Origin: a bacterium
GTDB taxonomy: Bacteria; UBA8248; JACPRG01; G963555815
Assembly: GCA_965218795.1 (NCBI GenBank)
Contig: OZ244653.1
Coordinates: 4,192,001-4,256,000 of the forward strand
Direction: 5' to 3'
Length of the DNA stretch: 64,000 bases
Program-made: the position numbers and the translations under genes
Notes under the pieces: model-generated
The model's input: only the letters and a program-made list of their open reading frames with translations
Told to the model about the DNA's origin: nothing
Database searches by the model: none
Part shown: positions 49,598 to 59,300 of the stretch, piece after piece
Position numbering within the stretch: the stretch's first letter is position 1
Layout of the letters: each line of letters begins with the position of its first letter

Positions 49598-49926
49598 GGG
49601 AATGATACGCTTGACGAGCCAGGGGTATCATTCTCACGGAGATTCCCGTGGACCCGTATCTCGCCTCGAGATCGTCAGGCGCCGCGCAAGTCGATTTCTC
49701 CATCGAGATGGATTCCCGCTCAGGTCGGGGAGTGGATTCCTGCTTGCGCAGGAATGACAAATGGCAAACGAGGCCCGCGCCCAACAGCCTGTCATTGCCG
49801 CGGGGCTTGTCCCCGAAGGCTTGAGTCGGGGGCGGGCTCGCTGGGGGATCGGCATGGTTCTGGTTGTCATTCCCGCGGAAGCGGGAATCCAGAAAAAAAG
49901 TCTGGCTCGTCAAGCGTATCATTTCC
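49598..49926. mobile_element. Non-autonomous IS1595-type MITE (329 bp) filled with REP-like palindromes
   Basis: 24-bp TIRs GGGAATGATACGCTTGACGAGCCA / TGGCTCGTCAAGCGTATCATTTCC (1 mismatch); flanks TAATTTTT / TAATTTCT (7/8 TSD). Confidence 0.82.
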
Positions 49927-50157
49927 TAATTTCTCAATTTTTCTGTGGTATTCCCGGTTCGCATATGGTAGATTCAGCCGGAATGATTCGGATGGAATGG
50001 GAGGTTCCTTCCAAGACTGACATCGAATCTTCTCAAGAATAATACCTGAGCCGAGCTTGCGTTTAAGGGTTTCACAGGATACAGATTTCAGCATCATTTT
50101 TCCGGTGTCTGGCCGTATCTGGAGTGAACGGAGCGACTGTAGAGGAGGCCTCGGTCT

Positions 50158-52140
50158 ATGAGCGCAAAGGTAGTCTGGCTCTTTGCCTTTGTCGTGCTGT
50201 ATTGGGCCTATTGCATTTTCTGGGGGGTCAAATGCGCACGAATGGCGCGAACCGCCGGTGATTACTTTATCGCCGGCCGTCGCCTCTCGATGTGGGTCTT
50301 TGTCCTGGCGGCAACAGCCACATCCTTTTCCGGATGGACCTTCATGGGGCACCCGGGTCTCGTCTACCGAGACGGTTTCCAGTACGCATACGCATCCTTC
50401 TACACCATTACCATCCCCTTCACAGGGGTGATGTTCCTGAAGCGACAATGGATGTTGGGCAAGCGCTTCGGATACGTCACTCCCGGCGAGATGTTCTCCG
50501 ATTACTTCCAGGGTGACGCAGTCCGGATCCTGACTGTGATCGTGGCGCTTCTCTTCTCGATTCCGTATCTCGGAGTGCAGCTCGGCGCCTCGGGCTTCCT
50601 GTTCAACGTCCTGACCGACGGAGTGTTGTCCGTCAACGTCGGGATGTGGCTCCTGTCCATCGTGGTGCTGATCTACGTAGCGGCCGGGGGGCTGCGCGCT
50701 GTGGCCTACGTGGATACGCTACAGTGCATCCTGCTGGCGCTCGGCATCGTGATCACGGGATTCATCGCTGTCAGCCTCGCCGGCGGATGGGGTTCTCTCA
50801 ATGCGGGGTTGGCGAAACTGGCCGCTTCCGACGTGGCGAAATGGGGGACCACCAAAGGTTACGGCGGGGGGGATTACAATTCCTACTTCGCCATTCCCGG
50901 CGTTATCCAGTTCACGGCTGGACTGGGGAAACAGACTCCCGTGGGCGGGTTATGGACGGGCGTCATGTGCCTGACCTACATGTTCGCGCTGATGGGCATC
51001 CAGTCGTCCCCGGCGTTTTCCATGTGGTCCTTCTCCAACAACAACCCGCGGCCGTTTGCGCCCCAGCAAGTCTGGGCGTCTTCCTTCGGCATCGGGCTGA
51101 TCCTGTTCTTCTTCACGGCGTTTCAGGGGATGGGAGCTCACCTGCTGGGCGCCAACCCCGCCGTAAGCGAAGCGGGCCTCGCCATTTCGAGCGCGCTTCC
51201 GGGAGCCATCGCTAAGAGGCCCGACTCGCTGGTTCCGCATTACTTCAACCAGATTGCAGGCGCGGCGCCCTGGCTCGTGGGTCTGCTGGCCGTCTGCGCG
51301 CTGGCGGCGATGCAGTCGACCGGGGCTGCCTATATGTCGACCGCCGGCGGCATGCTGACCCGCGATCTTTACAAGCGCTATCTGGCCCCCACTGCCTCGC
51401 ACGATAACCAAAAGGTCATGGGTCGGGTTGGCGTGGCGATCATCGTGATTGCCGCGTTGTTGGTGGCGACATTCTCACGGGATGCCCTCGTCTTGCTTGG
51501 AGGTCTCGCCGTTGCCTTCGGCTTCCAGATGTGGCCGTCCCTGGCGGGTGTTTGCTGGTTCCCGTGGATCACCCGGCAAGGCGCGACATGGGGACTGGCG
51601 GCGGGCCTGTTGGGCGTCATCTTCACCGAGAGCTTCGGCCTGACCATCCTCCAGGGGATCGGGATCGACGCTTGGGGCCGGTGGCCCTGGACGATCCATT
51701 CCGCCGGCTGGGGGATCTTCTTCAACCTGATCGTCTGCCTGATCGTGTCGGCCAACACGCAGAACAACAAGGCGATGGTCCACCGGATGAAGTATCACAA
51801 CTTCCTCCGGGAGAACGCCTCTCTGTCGGCGGACAAGCGGAGGCTCCTGCCGTGGGCCTGGGCGGCCACTATTGCCTGGTTGATCTTCGGGATCGGGCCG
51901 GGCGCCGTCATCGGCAACTACGCCTTCGGCGCGCCCGATCAGGGCGTCGCGGGGTGGACGTTCGGTATCCCCTCCATCTGGGCGTGGCAGATCCTGTTCT
52001 GGTTGCTGGGCGTCGCCATGATGTGGTTCCTGGCCTACAAGATGGAGATGTCCACGGTTCCGGAGAAGGATATCGAGGCGTTGGTCGAGGACATCGGCGA
52101 CGTGGCGCCGCAGCCGGCCGCCGGTTCGTCGAGATCATAA
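50158..52140 (+). CDS. Sodium:solute symporter (SSS family)
   Basis: DYFIAGR, ATSFSGWTF.G.PG, VAYVDTLQ and AAMQST motifs; many TMs; GGAGG RBS. Confidence 0.93.
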   Translation: MSAKVVWLFAFVVLYWAYCIFWGVKCARMARTAGDYFIAGRRLSMWVFVLAATATSFSGWTFMGHPGLVYRDGFQYAYASFYTITIPFTGVMFLKRQWMLGKRFGYVTPGEMFSDYFQGDAVRILTVIVALLFSIPYLGVQLGASGFLFNVLTDGVLSVNVGMWLLSIVVLIYVAAGGLRAVAYVDTLQCILLALGIVITGFIAVSLAGGWGSLNAGLAKLAASDVAKWGTTKGYGGGDYNSYFAIPGVIQFTAGLGKQTPVGGLWTGVMCLTYMFALMGIQSSPAFSMWSFSNNNPRPFAPQQVWASSFGIGLILFFFTAFQGMGAHLLGANPAVSEAGLAISSALPGAIAKRPDSLVPHYFNQIAGAAPWLVGLLAVCALAAMQSTGAAYMSTAGGMLTRDLYKRYLAPTASHDNQKVMGRVGVAIIVIAALLVATFSRDALVLLGGLAVAFGFQMWPSLAGVCWFPWITRQGATWGLAAGLLGVIFTESFGLTILQGIGIDAWGRWPWTIHSAGWGIFFNLIVCLIVSANTQNNKAMVHRMKYHNFLRENASLSADKRRLLPWAWAATIAWLIFGIGPGAVIGNYAFGAPDQGVAGWTFGIPSIWAWQILFWLLGVAMMWFLAYKMEMSTVPEKDIEALVEDIGDVAPQPAAGSSRS

Positions 52141-52235
52141 ACCGCTGTTTGCTGTGAGTCCGCCGGGGGAAGGGCGAGGTCGCTCTTCCCCCGGTTTCGT
52201 TTTCCGGATGACTGTCCAGCTTCATCGCCCTGTCC

Positions 52236-52472
52236 GTGGCTGAACTCTTTACGACAAAGTACCAATTGCTCTGGGCTATCGCGCTGGCCCTGTGCCTGTT
52301 CCTTCCCGTCCGGCGGCTGATTTGGGTGTTGTATGTTCGGCGGGCGGAACGAGGCGGGGATGTCGACGAGTCCCGCCGCCGGGTGCTGAAAAAGCGAGCC
52401 TCGGTCACCTCGGCGCTCCTTTGCTTCGTCTTCTCGTACTTCTATGCCGCTCATCTCTTTCCGGGACAGTGA
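52236..52472 (+). CDS. Small membrane protein
   Basis: Two hydrophobic segments; TGA overlaps the next ATG. Confidence 0.7.
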   Translation: MAELFTTKYQLLWAIALALCLFLPVRRLIWVLYVRRAERGGDVDESRRRVLKKRASVTSALLCFVFSYFYAAHLFPGQ

Positions 52473-53083
52473 TGAATCCGCGGGTCCTTCTACGATTCAT
52501 CAAGCTCATGGCGATTCTGACCGTCGTCATGTTTTCCGTCTGGGCGTTGATTCAAAGCTATTTCAATGAATTGCCCGGTGATTATGACACCCGGCAGGGC
52601 GACATCCGTCTCACGGAAGGCAAGTTCGACGAAGCGATCAAGAGCTTCAACAAGGCGCTCCGGGAGATGCCCAACCACCGGGGCGCACTGATGGGCCGGG
52701 CCTTGGTTTACATCCGGACGAACCGGACCGGCGAGGCCATCGCCGAACTCACGCACCTGATTGAATTTCTCAAGAAGAGTCTGAAATCGGAGGATGTCAC
52801 GGGCCGCGCCGCCCTGGCCGCGGCGTACGCGAATCGGGGGATTGTTCTGGACCGGCTGGGACGGTATGAACAGGCGCTGGCCGACTATATCGAAGCGCTC
52901 AAGACGGACGAAGGCGCCGTCTCGGGGCCGGGCCTGGTCGACAAGATCATTTATGGAACGCCGAAACCGTCCACGATTCGGGACCGGGCCGTGTATTTGA
53001 AGAAGCAGCTTGATCTGCCGGAAGACCAGCGGCTGTTGCGCGTGATCGAGATCGATCGGAAGCAGCGGAGCTATAAACCCTGA
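52472..53083 (+). CDS. Membrane-anchored TPR protein
   Basis: N-terminal TM; TPR-like AIKSFNKAL, ALMGRA and AYANRG...GRYEQALADY segments. Confidence 0.85.
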   Translation: MNPRVLLRFIKLMAILTVVMFSVWALIQSYFNELPGDYDTRQGDIRLTEGKFDEAIKSFNKALREMPNHRGALMGRALVYIRTNRTGEAIAELTHLIEFLKKSLKSEDVTGRAALAAAYANRGIVLDRLGRYEQALADYIEALKTDEGAVSGPGLVDKIIYGTPKPSTIRDRAVYLKKQLDLPEDQRLLRVIEIDRKQRSYKP

Positions 53084-53146
53084 CCGGGCTGGGCGAACTT
53101 CTCCGCTCGCCCCTCACATGGAATCATTCCGCCGCGCGGGTGCGGC

Positions 53147-53347
53147 TCAAAACTTGATGAGGCCAAGCACGTCCTGAAACAGGACCAGGAGGAAGAAGAC
53201 CGCGGCGATACAGCCGAAGAGAAGGTGGATGAAATCGGCGCTCCCGTCGGGGTTCCGCGTCCGCACCCCCTTCCAGGCGATTCCGGCTGTGACGGCGAGA
53301 AAGATCCAGTTGAAGGCCTGTTCGTACTCTCCCGCGAATTCGAACAT
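53147..53347 (-). CDS. Small two-TM membrane protein
   Basis: Two hydrophobic helices; host-like codon usage. Confidence 0.65.
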   Translation of the reverse strand: MFEFAGEYEQAFNWIFLAVTAGIAWKGVRTRNPDGSADFIHLLFGCIAAVFFLLVLFQDVLGLIKF

Positions 53348-53393
53348 CGCTTCGTCCCGGCGGCTTTCCGGCCCGGCGGCGGGCCGCCCCCTT

Positions 53394-53894
53394 TCAGGGG
53401 TTGTTTTTCGGCTGAACCGGCGTACCGGCTGTTCCAGGGCGTGAAATCATCTTCTGCTCGAAATAAGGAGGCAGGACGGAGCCCCCCCGTTCGGCGACCA
53501 CGTGCCCCAAGAAGATCATCCCCCCGATAAAGAGGATGACGATGGCGGAGGAAAGGCAGAATTTGGTCCAGGCTTGGGGAACCCGTCTCTTGTAGTCGCT
53601 GTCGTAGCGGTGGTATTCGGGAGCCTGGTCGTCGAGCTTGCCGGAGGCATCGAGCTTCATGATACGCCGGGCGTAGTGCCGGGCCCAGTGGGGGACCTCA
53701 TCGTAAAACATGTAGCGCTGGAAAAGCCGGTCGACGATCGCCCCGGGCATTTCCGCACCGAACCATTCGTCATAGGAGAGCTGAAGAAACTGGAACTCCC
53801 CGATCTGCAGGAGGTTGGCGGCTTGTGCCACCTCCGAACGTTCGGTGTGCTCCTCACGGTCAGGCCGCATCAGGGTTTCAAAGAAGTTTTGCAT
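53394..53894 (-). CDS. Conserved-looking hypothetical protein with a C-terminal TM
   Basis: AANLLQIGEFQFLQL.Y..W and VPHWARHYAR segments; TM near C-terminus; start taken at ATG 53894. Confidence 0.7.
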   Translation of the reverse strand: MQNFFETLMRPDREEHTERSEVAQAANLLQIGEFQFLQLSYDEWFGAEMPGAIVDRLFQRYMFYDEVPHWARHYARRIMKLDASGKLDDQAPEYHRYDSDYKRRVPQAWTKFCLSSAIVILFIGGMIFLGHVVAERGGSVLPPYFEQKMISRPGTAGTPVQPKNNP

Positions 53895-54289
53895 GGTGCC
53901 GCCCCGCTTGGCATTCTGGAGCACGCCGGCCCCAAATGGATGTTTCCCCCCGAGCGGTATCATCTTCAGTCCTTCAAATATAGTCCCTCGAATCTTCTGT
54001 GAACAAGTGCAATTGGGTATCGCTTCATCGGCGAGGGAGGAATACGTGAGTGACAGGGGGAAGCGTCGGTATTTCATCCGTTAAATGGAAAGGGTGCCCG
54101 GATTCGAAAACCCAAAAATGGGATGAGCTTTTTCGCCCGGGGACCCATTATCTTCATTTGCAGTATAATGAGTCAGGGTTGGCGGTCAAGAATGATGCGG
54201 CCGGGGCCGGGTTGGTTCTCCCGCAGAACGGTCGTGCTGGATTCCACCGGTAATCGAAAGAGGGTTCGGCAAGAAGGGAAGGTTCTGAG

Positions 54290-55531
54290 ATGGGCACGGG
54301 CGGCAGCCTCCAGGAAACATTGCTGGAATTCCGAAGTCAAAATCTGTTCATCATCTTCTTTACCGAAATCCTGTTCTATATTTCGTTCGCCATGTTGTTG
54401 CCGACGCTGCCGCTCTATCTGGCGGACTTCGGCGTGGGGACCACCCAAATTGGCTTGGTGATGAGTATATTCGCCGTCGGGCTTTTGGGTTCCCGGCCCT
54501 ACATCGGGAAATTCATCGACAACTACGGGGCGAGGTGCACCCTGCGTTACGGCGGCGGCATTCTGACCGGCTGCTCAATTCTCTACGCCGTGGCGCCGGC
54601 CCTGATTTGGGTCTATCCGATTCGGATCATTCACGGCGTCAGCATGGCGTTCCATTCCACGGCGTCCAACGCCATCGTGGCCTCCTCCACGACGCCGGAC
54701 AAGCGCGGCAGCGTCATGGGCCTTTTCGGGATCTCGCGGGCCGTCGCCTTTGGAGTCGGTCCGATACTCGGAAGCGTCGCCCTGGAAATGTGGGGCCACA
54801 CGGTGGTTTTCATGGTCTCGGGGGCATTCGGTCTCGGGGCTATGATCCTCGCGAAGTTTGGCGGCGAATGCTCGAAGGCGGAAGTGGAGACCTCAAGGGC
54901 GGCCATCCGGGAGTTTATCCAGAATCGGACGCTGCTTTTCTGCACCATTGCGATGTTCCTCTTGACGCTCGTCCACGGCGGCCTCACGACGTTCATTCCG
55001 ATTCACGTGAGTGAACGGATGGCCGGAAACCTGGGCACCTTTTATCTGGTCTATTCGATTGCCATCACGGTGGTGGAGATTTTCGCCGGAAAGGCCTCGG
55101 ACCACGAGTGCCGGGTTCCGATTGTTCTTGCTTCGGTGGCCTTGCTCGGCGTTGGGTTCATCGCGATCGGCGGTGTAGCGGGAACCCTCACCCTGATTCT
55201 CGCGGCCATCATCTACGGCGCCGGGTTTGGAGGCTTCCAGGTGGCGATTGGAGCTTTCGTGGGAGATCAAACGGACGACGAAAACCGGGGCTCCGTGTTC
55301 AGCATCTTTTACGCGTCCTATGACCTGGGCATCGCCCTCTCGGGGGTGGTCATGGGCGCGATCGCCGCGGGCGTCGGGCTTGCGGGGATGTTCTACCTCT
55401 CCAGCATCGTTGTCATACCGTCCTTCTTCCTCATCATGCTCTCGCCTCCGGGAGGGATTCGGGCAGCCTTCATGTGCGGCCTCCTCGGAGACTACCGGCC
55501 GCGCTTCCGCCATCTGGGCGGCAGCTTGTAG
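54290..55531 (+). CDS. MFS transporter
   Basis: 12-TM pattern; motif A-like GKFIDNYGAR; RIIHG and KRGSVMG segments. Confidence 0.9.
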   Translation: MGTGGSLQETLLEFRSQNLFIIFFTEILFYISFAMLLPTLPLYLADFGVGTTQIGLVMSIFAVGLLGSRPYIGKFIDNYGARCTLRYGGGILTGCSILYAVAPALIWVYPIRIIHGVSMAFHSTASNAIVASSTTPDKRGSVMGLFGISRAVAFGVGPILGSVALEMWGHTVVFMVSGAFGLGAMILAKFGGECSKAEVETSRAAIREFIQNRTLLFCTIAMFLLTLVHGGLTTFIPIHVSERMAGNLGTFYLVYSIAITVVEIFAGKASDHECRVPIVLASVALLGVGFIAIGGVAGTLTLILAAIIYGAGFGGFQVAIGAFVGDQTDDENRGSVFSIFYASYDLGIALSGVVMGAIAAGVGLAGMFYLSSIVVIPSFFLIMLSPPGGIRAAFMCGLLGDYRPRFRHLGGSL

Positions 55532-55897
55532 TTTCGAGGGTCCGGGGGGTTGGAAGACCGCCTGGAAGGGGACGGCGGAACGGGGCGCTGTCGATCGTGG
55601 TTGAACCCCGTGACGGGCGGCGATTGGATTCAAGGCCCGGACGAATTCGACCTCCGGAGTTCCCACCGAGGAATTCCTCAGCCCCTCCCAGTCGAACAGG
55701 CAAGTCTCGGCCAGACAGACATAGACCGTTTCCCTCCGTGGGAACAGCCAGTCGCAGATCGTTTCCAATCCGGGCAGGACCGACCAACCCCCTCGACCAC
55801 GAGCACGCTCCGGTCTCTCTGCCTGGTTGCCGCCTCCGGAGACAGATCGGCTGGTTGCGCGTAATTCAGGACGACCGCGTCTTCGGATTACATTACA

Positions 55898-56075
55898 TGT
55901 ATGACTAGGCTTCTTTCCTGACAGATTGGTAAACTTCCTGACCGTGACGGTGGGTCGCCTCCCCATATTGCGACAGCCCTGATGAAGTCGTTCGGTGTTG
56001 TAGAACTTCAGGGACTGTCCAGGTTCTTCTCTCGCAAACCTGCCCTATGTTGCCTGAATTCCTGCTGCTCACCTG
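55898..56075 (-). mobile_element. Degenerate 3' remnant of an IS481-family element
   Basis: Minus-strand translation KFYNTERLHQGCRNMGRRP and SVRKEA* resembles IS481 transposase C-termini; ends in a TGT-type terminus at 55898. Confidence 0.65.
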
Positions 56076-56387
56076 CCCCCGACGAAGACATTCGAGGGCA
56101 GGCATCCGGGGGTTCTCGTTTCTCCTTTGCAAGATATCATTTGTTCGGGAAGATACCTAGCTGGACACCTAAAACAACATGCTCCAGTGCTTCGGAATGG
56201 GCGGTGTAGAACCGCGCGCCCCAGAATCAGTGAAAGACCGCCCGTTTCAGGGAAAAAACTTCCACATCAGGCGGAATTGGCCTTATTCTTAGTGCAAGAT
56301 AAATACCGTTCAAACATCGGAAGAAGCCGCAAATCCTTCGGAATGGCTGTCGTTGATTCTTTTTCTCTGGTTCTCACGGGTGACATC

Positions 56388-59300
56388 ATGAGCGCGGATT
56401 CTCGATACCGAATCGGAGTCGATACGGGGGGCACCTTCACTGACGTCATCGCCGTTCGCCTCTCTGATGGAACCCTCTACTCCTCCAAGGTGCCGTCCAC
56501 GCCGGACGATCCCTCCCGCGCGCTGCTCACGGGCGTGCGGAAGATTCTCGGCGAAGCGGATGCGGAGGAATCCCAGGTCTCGGGCATCATCCACGGGACA
56601 ACGGTCGCCACGAACGTTCTGTTGGAGCGCGAAGACCACAACATGGGCCTGCTGGTCACCCGGGGCTTTCGCTTTGTCCTGGAAATCGCCCGCCAGAGCG
56701 TCCCGGAGGGTTACGGAAACTCGTTCTTCTGGGTCAAGCCTCCGCGCCTGGTTCCGGCGGACCGGGTGCTCGAAGTCGGCGGCCGGCTCGACTTCCGGGG
56801 CGGGGAGCTCGAGCCCCTCGATGAGGCCTCGGTCCGCGCGGCGGCCCGCCGCTTTCGGGAGCTGGGCGTCGCCACCGTCGGCGTCTGCCTGCTTCACTCC
56901 TATGCCAACCCTGCGCACGAGCTTCGCGTCAGGGAAATCATCGGTGAGGAGTTCCCCGAGAGCTTCGTCTCTCTGTCCTGCGAGGTGCTGCCCGAGTACC
57001 AGGAGTACGAGCGCGCGTTGACGACGTTGATGGACGCAGCCTGCAAGCCCGTCATCCGCGACTATATCGATCGCGCGGCGGTGCGGGTGGAGGAGGCCGC
57101 CGCCGGGCATACGCCGTTCCTCGTCATGAAATCCAACGGCGGCGTCATGAGCGCCCGGGCTGCGGTCGAGCGGCCCCTCGCAACGGCGCTTTCCGGCCCC
57201 GCTGCCGGCGTCCTGGCCGGCGCCGCCCTGGCGGCGGAGGCCCGCGTCGAGAAGGTCATCACGTTCGATGCGGGCGGGACCTCGACGGACGTCTCCGTCA
57301 TCGAGGGCGGGCGTGCCGCCTACACGACACAGACCACGCTCGGCAACTACAACGTCAAGATTCCCATGATCGACATTGTGACCGTCGGCACCGGAGGGGG
57401 CTCGATTGCGTGGATCAGCCCGGAGGGTCGTTTGCGGGTCGGGCCCCAGAGCGCGGGCGCCGACCCGGGCCCGATGTGCTACGCCAAAGGAGGCGAGGAG
57501 CCGACCGTGACCGATGCCGAGATCGTGCTGGGGCGGCTGCCCGAAGTACTGGTCGGCGGGGAATTGCCTCTGGATAAGAGCCGCGCAGAAGCGGGGATCG
57601 GGAAGATCGCCGAGGCCCAGGGGCTCGGCCCGGAAGATGCGGCGCGGGGAATTCTGGAAGTAGCGGCCTGGAATCAGGCCCTGGCCATCCGGCAGATGAC
57701 CGTCAACCGGGGAAAGGACCCCCGCGAATACGCGCTCGTGGCATTCGGCGGCGCGGGACCTTTGATGGCGGCGGACATCGCGGAAATCCTCGGCGTGGAG
57801 GAGGTCATCGTGCCGCCCGAGCCCGGATGCGGCAGCGCCATGGGCCTGGTCGAAGTCGACTTGCGCAACGACTACGTTCGCACCTGCATCGCCCGCATCG
57901 ACGAGATCCCTCCGGAGGACATCGAGTCGCGATTCGTTGAGATGATTGAGGAGGCGAACTCCGCGCTGGAGAACGAAGACGTGCCCGAGGCCTCCCGAAG
58001 CTTCGAGCGATCGGCCGATTTCCGCTACTACGGCGAGGGCCAGGAGATGACGGTCGATTTTCCCGTGGGCGGGACCATCGCGGACCTTCTGGAAGGCGCG
58101 GAGCGGCGTTTCCACGAGGCCTACCTGGCGCAGTTCGGCTTCAATTATCGCGATCGTACGCCGGTGGAGGTCGTCAATCTCCGGATTACCTCGGTGGGCA
58201 GACTGGAACGGGCTCCGGCCCGGGAGACCCCGAGTGGGCGGGGGATCGAGACGGCCCGCACGGGCGCGCGTCCGGTCTACTTTGCGCCGATGGGGTTTGC
58301 GGACACGCCGATCCATGCCCGCGAGCGGCTCGGCACGGGCGACGTTCTCGAGGGTCCCGCCATTGTCGAAGACTACGGGTCGACGACGGTCGTTCCTCCG
58401 AGAGGCCGGTGTGAACTGGATCCTTGGGGCAACCTGCGGATCCATTTGCCCGCCGCGGGAGAACAGGAGGCCGGGACCCGCAAGGGGCCGGAGGTGGACG
58501 TCAGCCCCGTGGTGCAGGAAATCGTGGAAGGCGCGCTCTATGCCGCCGAGCGGGAGATGGAGGACCTCGTCGAGCGCACGGCCCGGTCGCCATTGATTCG
58601 GGACATGCACGATTACCGGGTCGGCCTGTTCGACCGGAATGGAAACAAGCTCACCGGCCGCTCCTATTCGGCCGTCGTTGCGCCGGTGATGAAGAACTGG
58701 CCGATGGAGGAGGTCCGCGAGGGGGACGTCTTCCTGTGGAACGACGTCTACGAGTCCGAAGGCGGGATCGGCCACCTGCCCGACCTGTGCTCCTGCGTGC
58801 CGATTTTCCACAAGGGGACGCTCAGCGCCTTCGCCCTGGTCTTCGGCCACCACGACGACATCGGCGGAGCGGTCCCGGGGAGCCTTCCGACGAACGCCAC
58901 GGAAATCTTTCAGGAGGGAATCCTCGTTCCGCCCATCAAGCTCTACGACCGGGGGGTGATGAACGAGGCCGCCTACCGCATCATCTTTCGCAACAGTCGC
59001 TTGGGCGAGCACCTCCAGGCGGACATCGATGCGGAGATTGCCGCTTGCCGGGCGGGCGGGGCGCGGCTGCTCGAACTGCTCGATCGTTTCGGCCGGGACA
59101 CGGTCTTTCGATGCTTCGATTCCCTCCTGGACAAGTGCGAGCGGACCATTCAGGACGAGCTGCTCTCGAAGATCCGGGACGGGACCTACGAATGGGAGGA
59201 CTACATCGAGAGCGACGGCGTGGAGCCGGACAAGGTCCACGCCCTCAAACTGAAGATGACCAAGGCGGACGGCCGCCTCACGCTGGATTTCCGTGGCACC

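Noticed and set aside
56127-56387. N-terminal extensions given by the ORF track for the oxoprolinase (likewise icd, sdhA, ndk, the deaminase and the TPR gene)
   Set aside because: Homology and RBS positions support downstream starts
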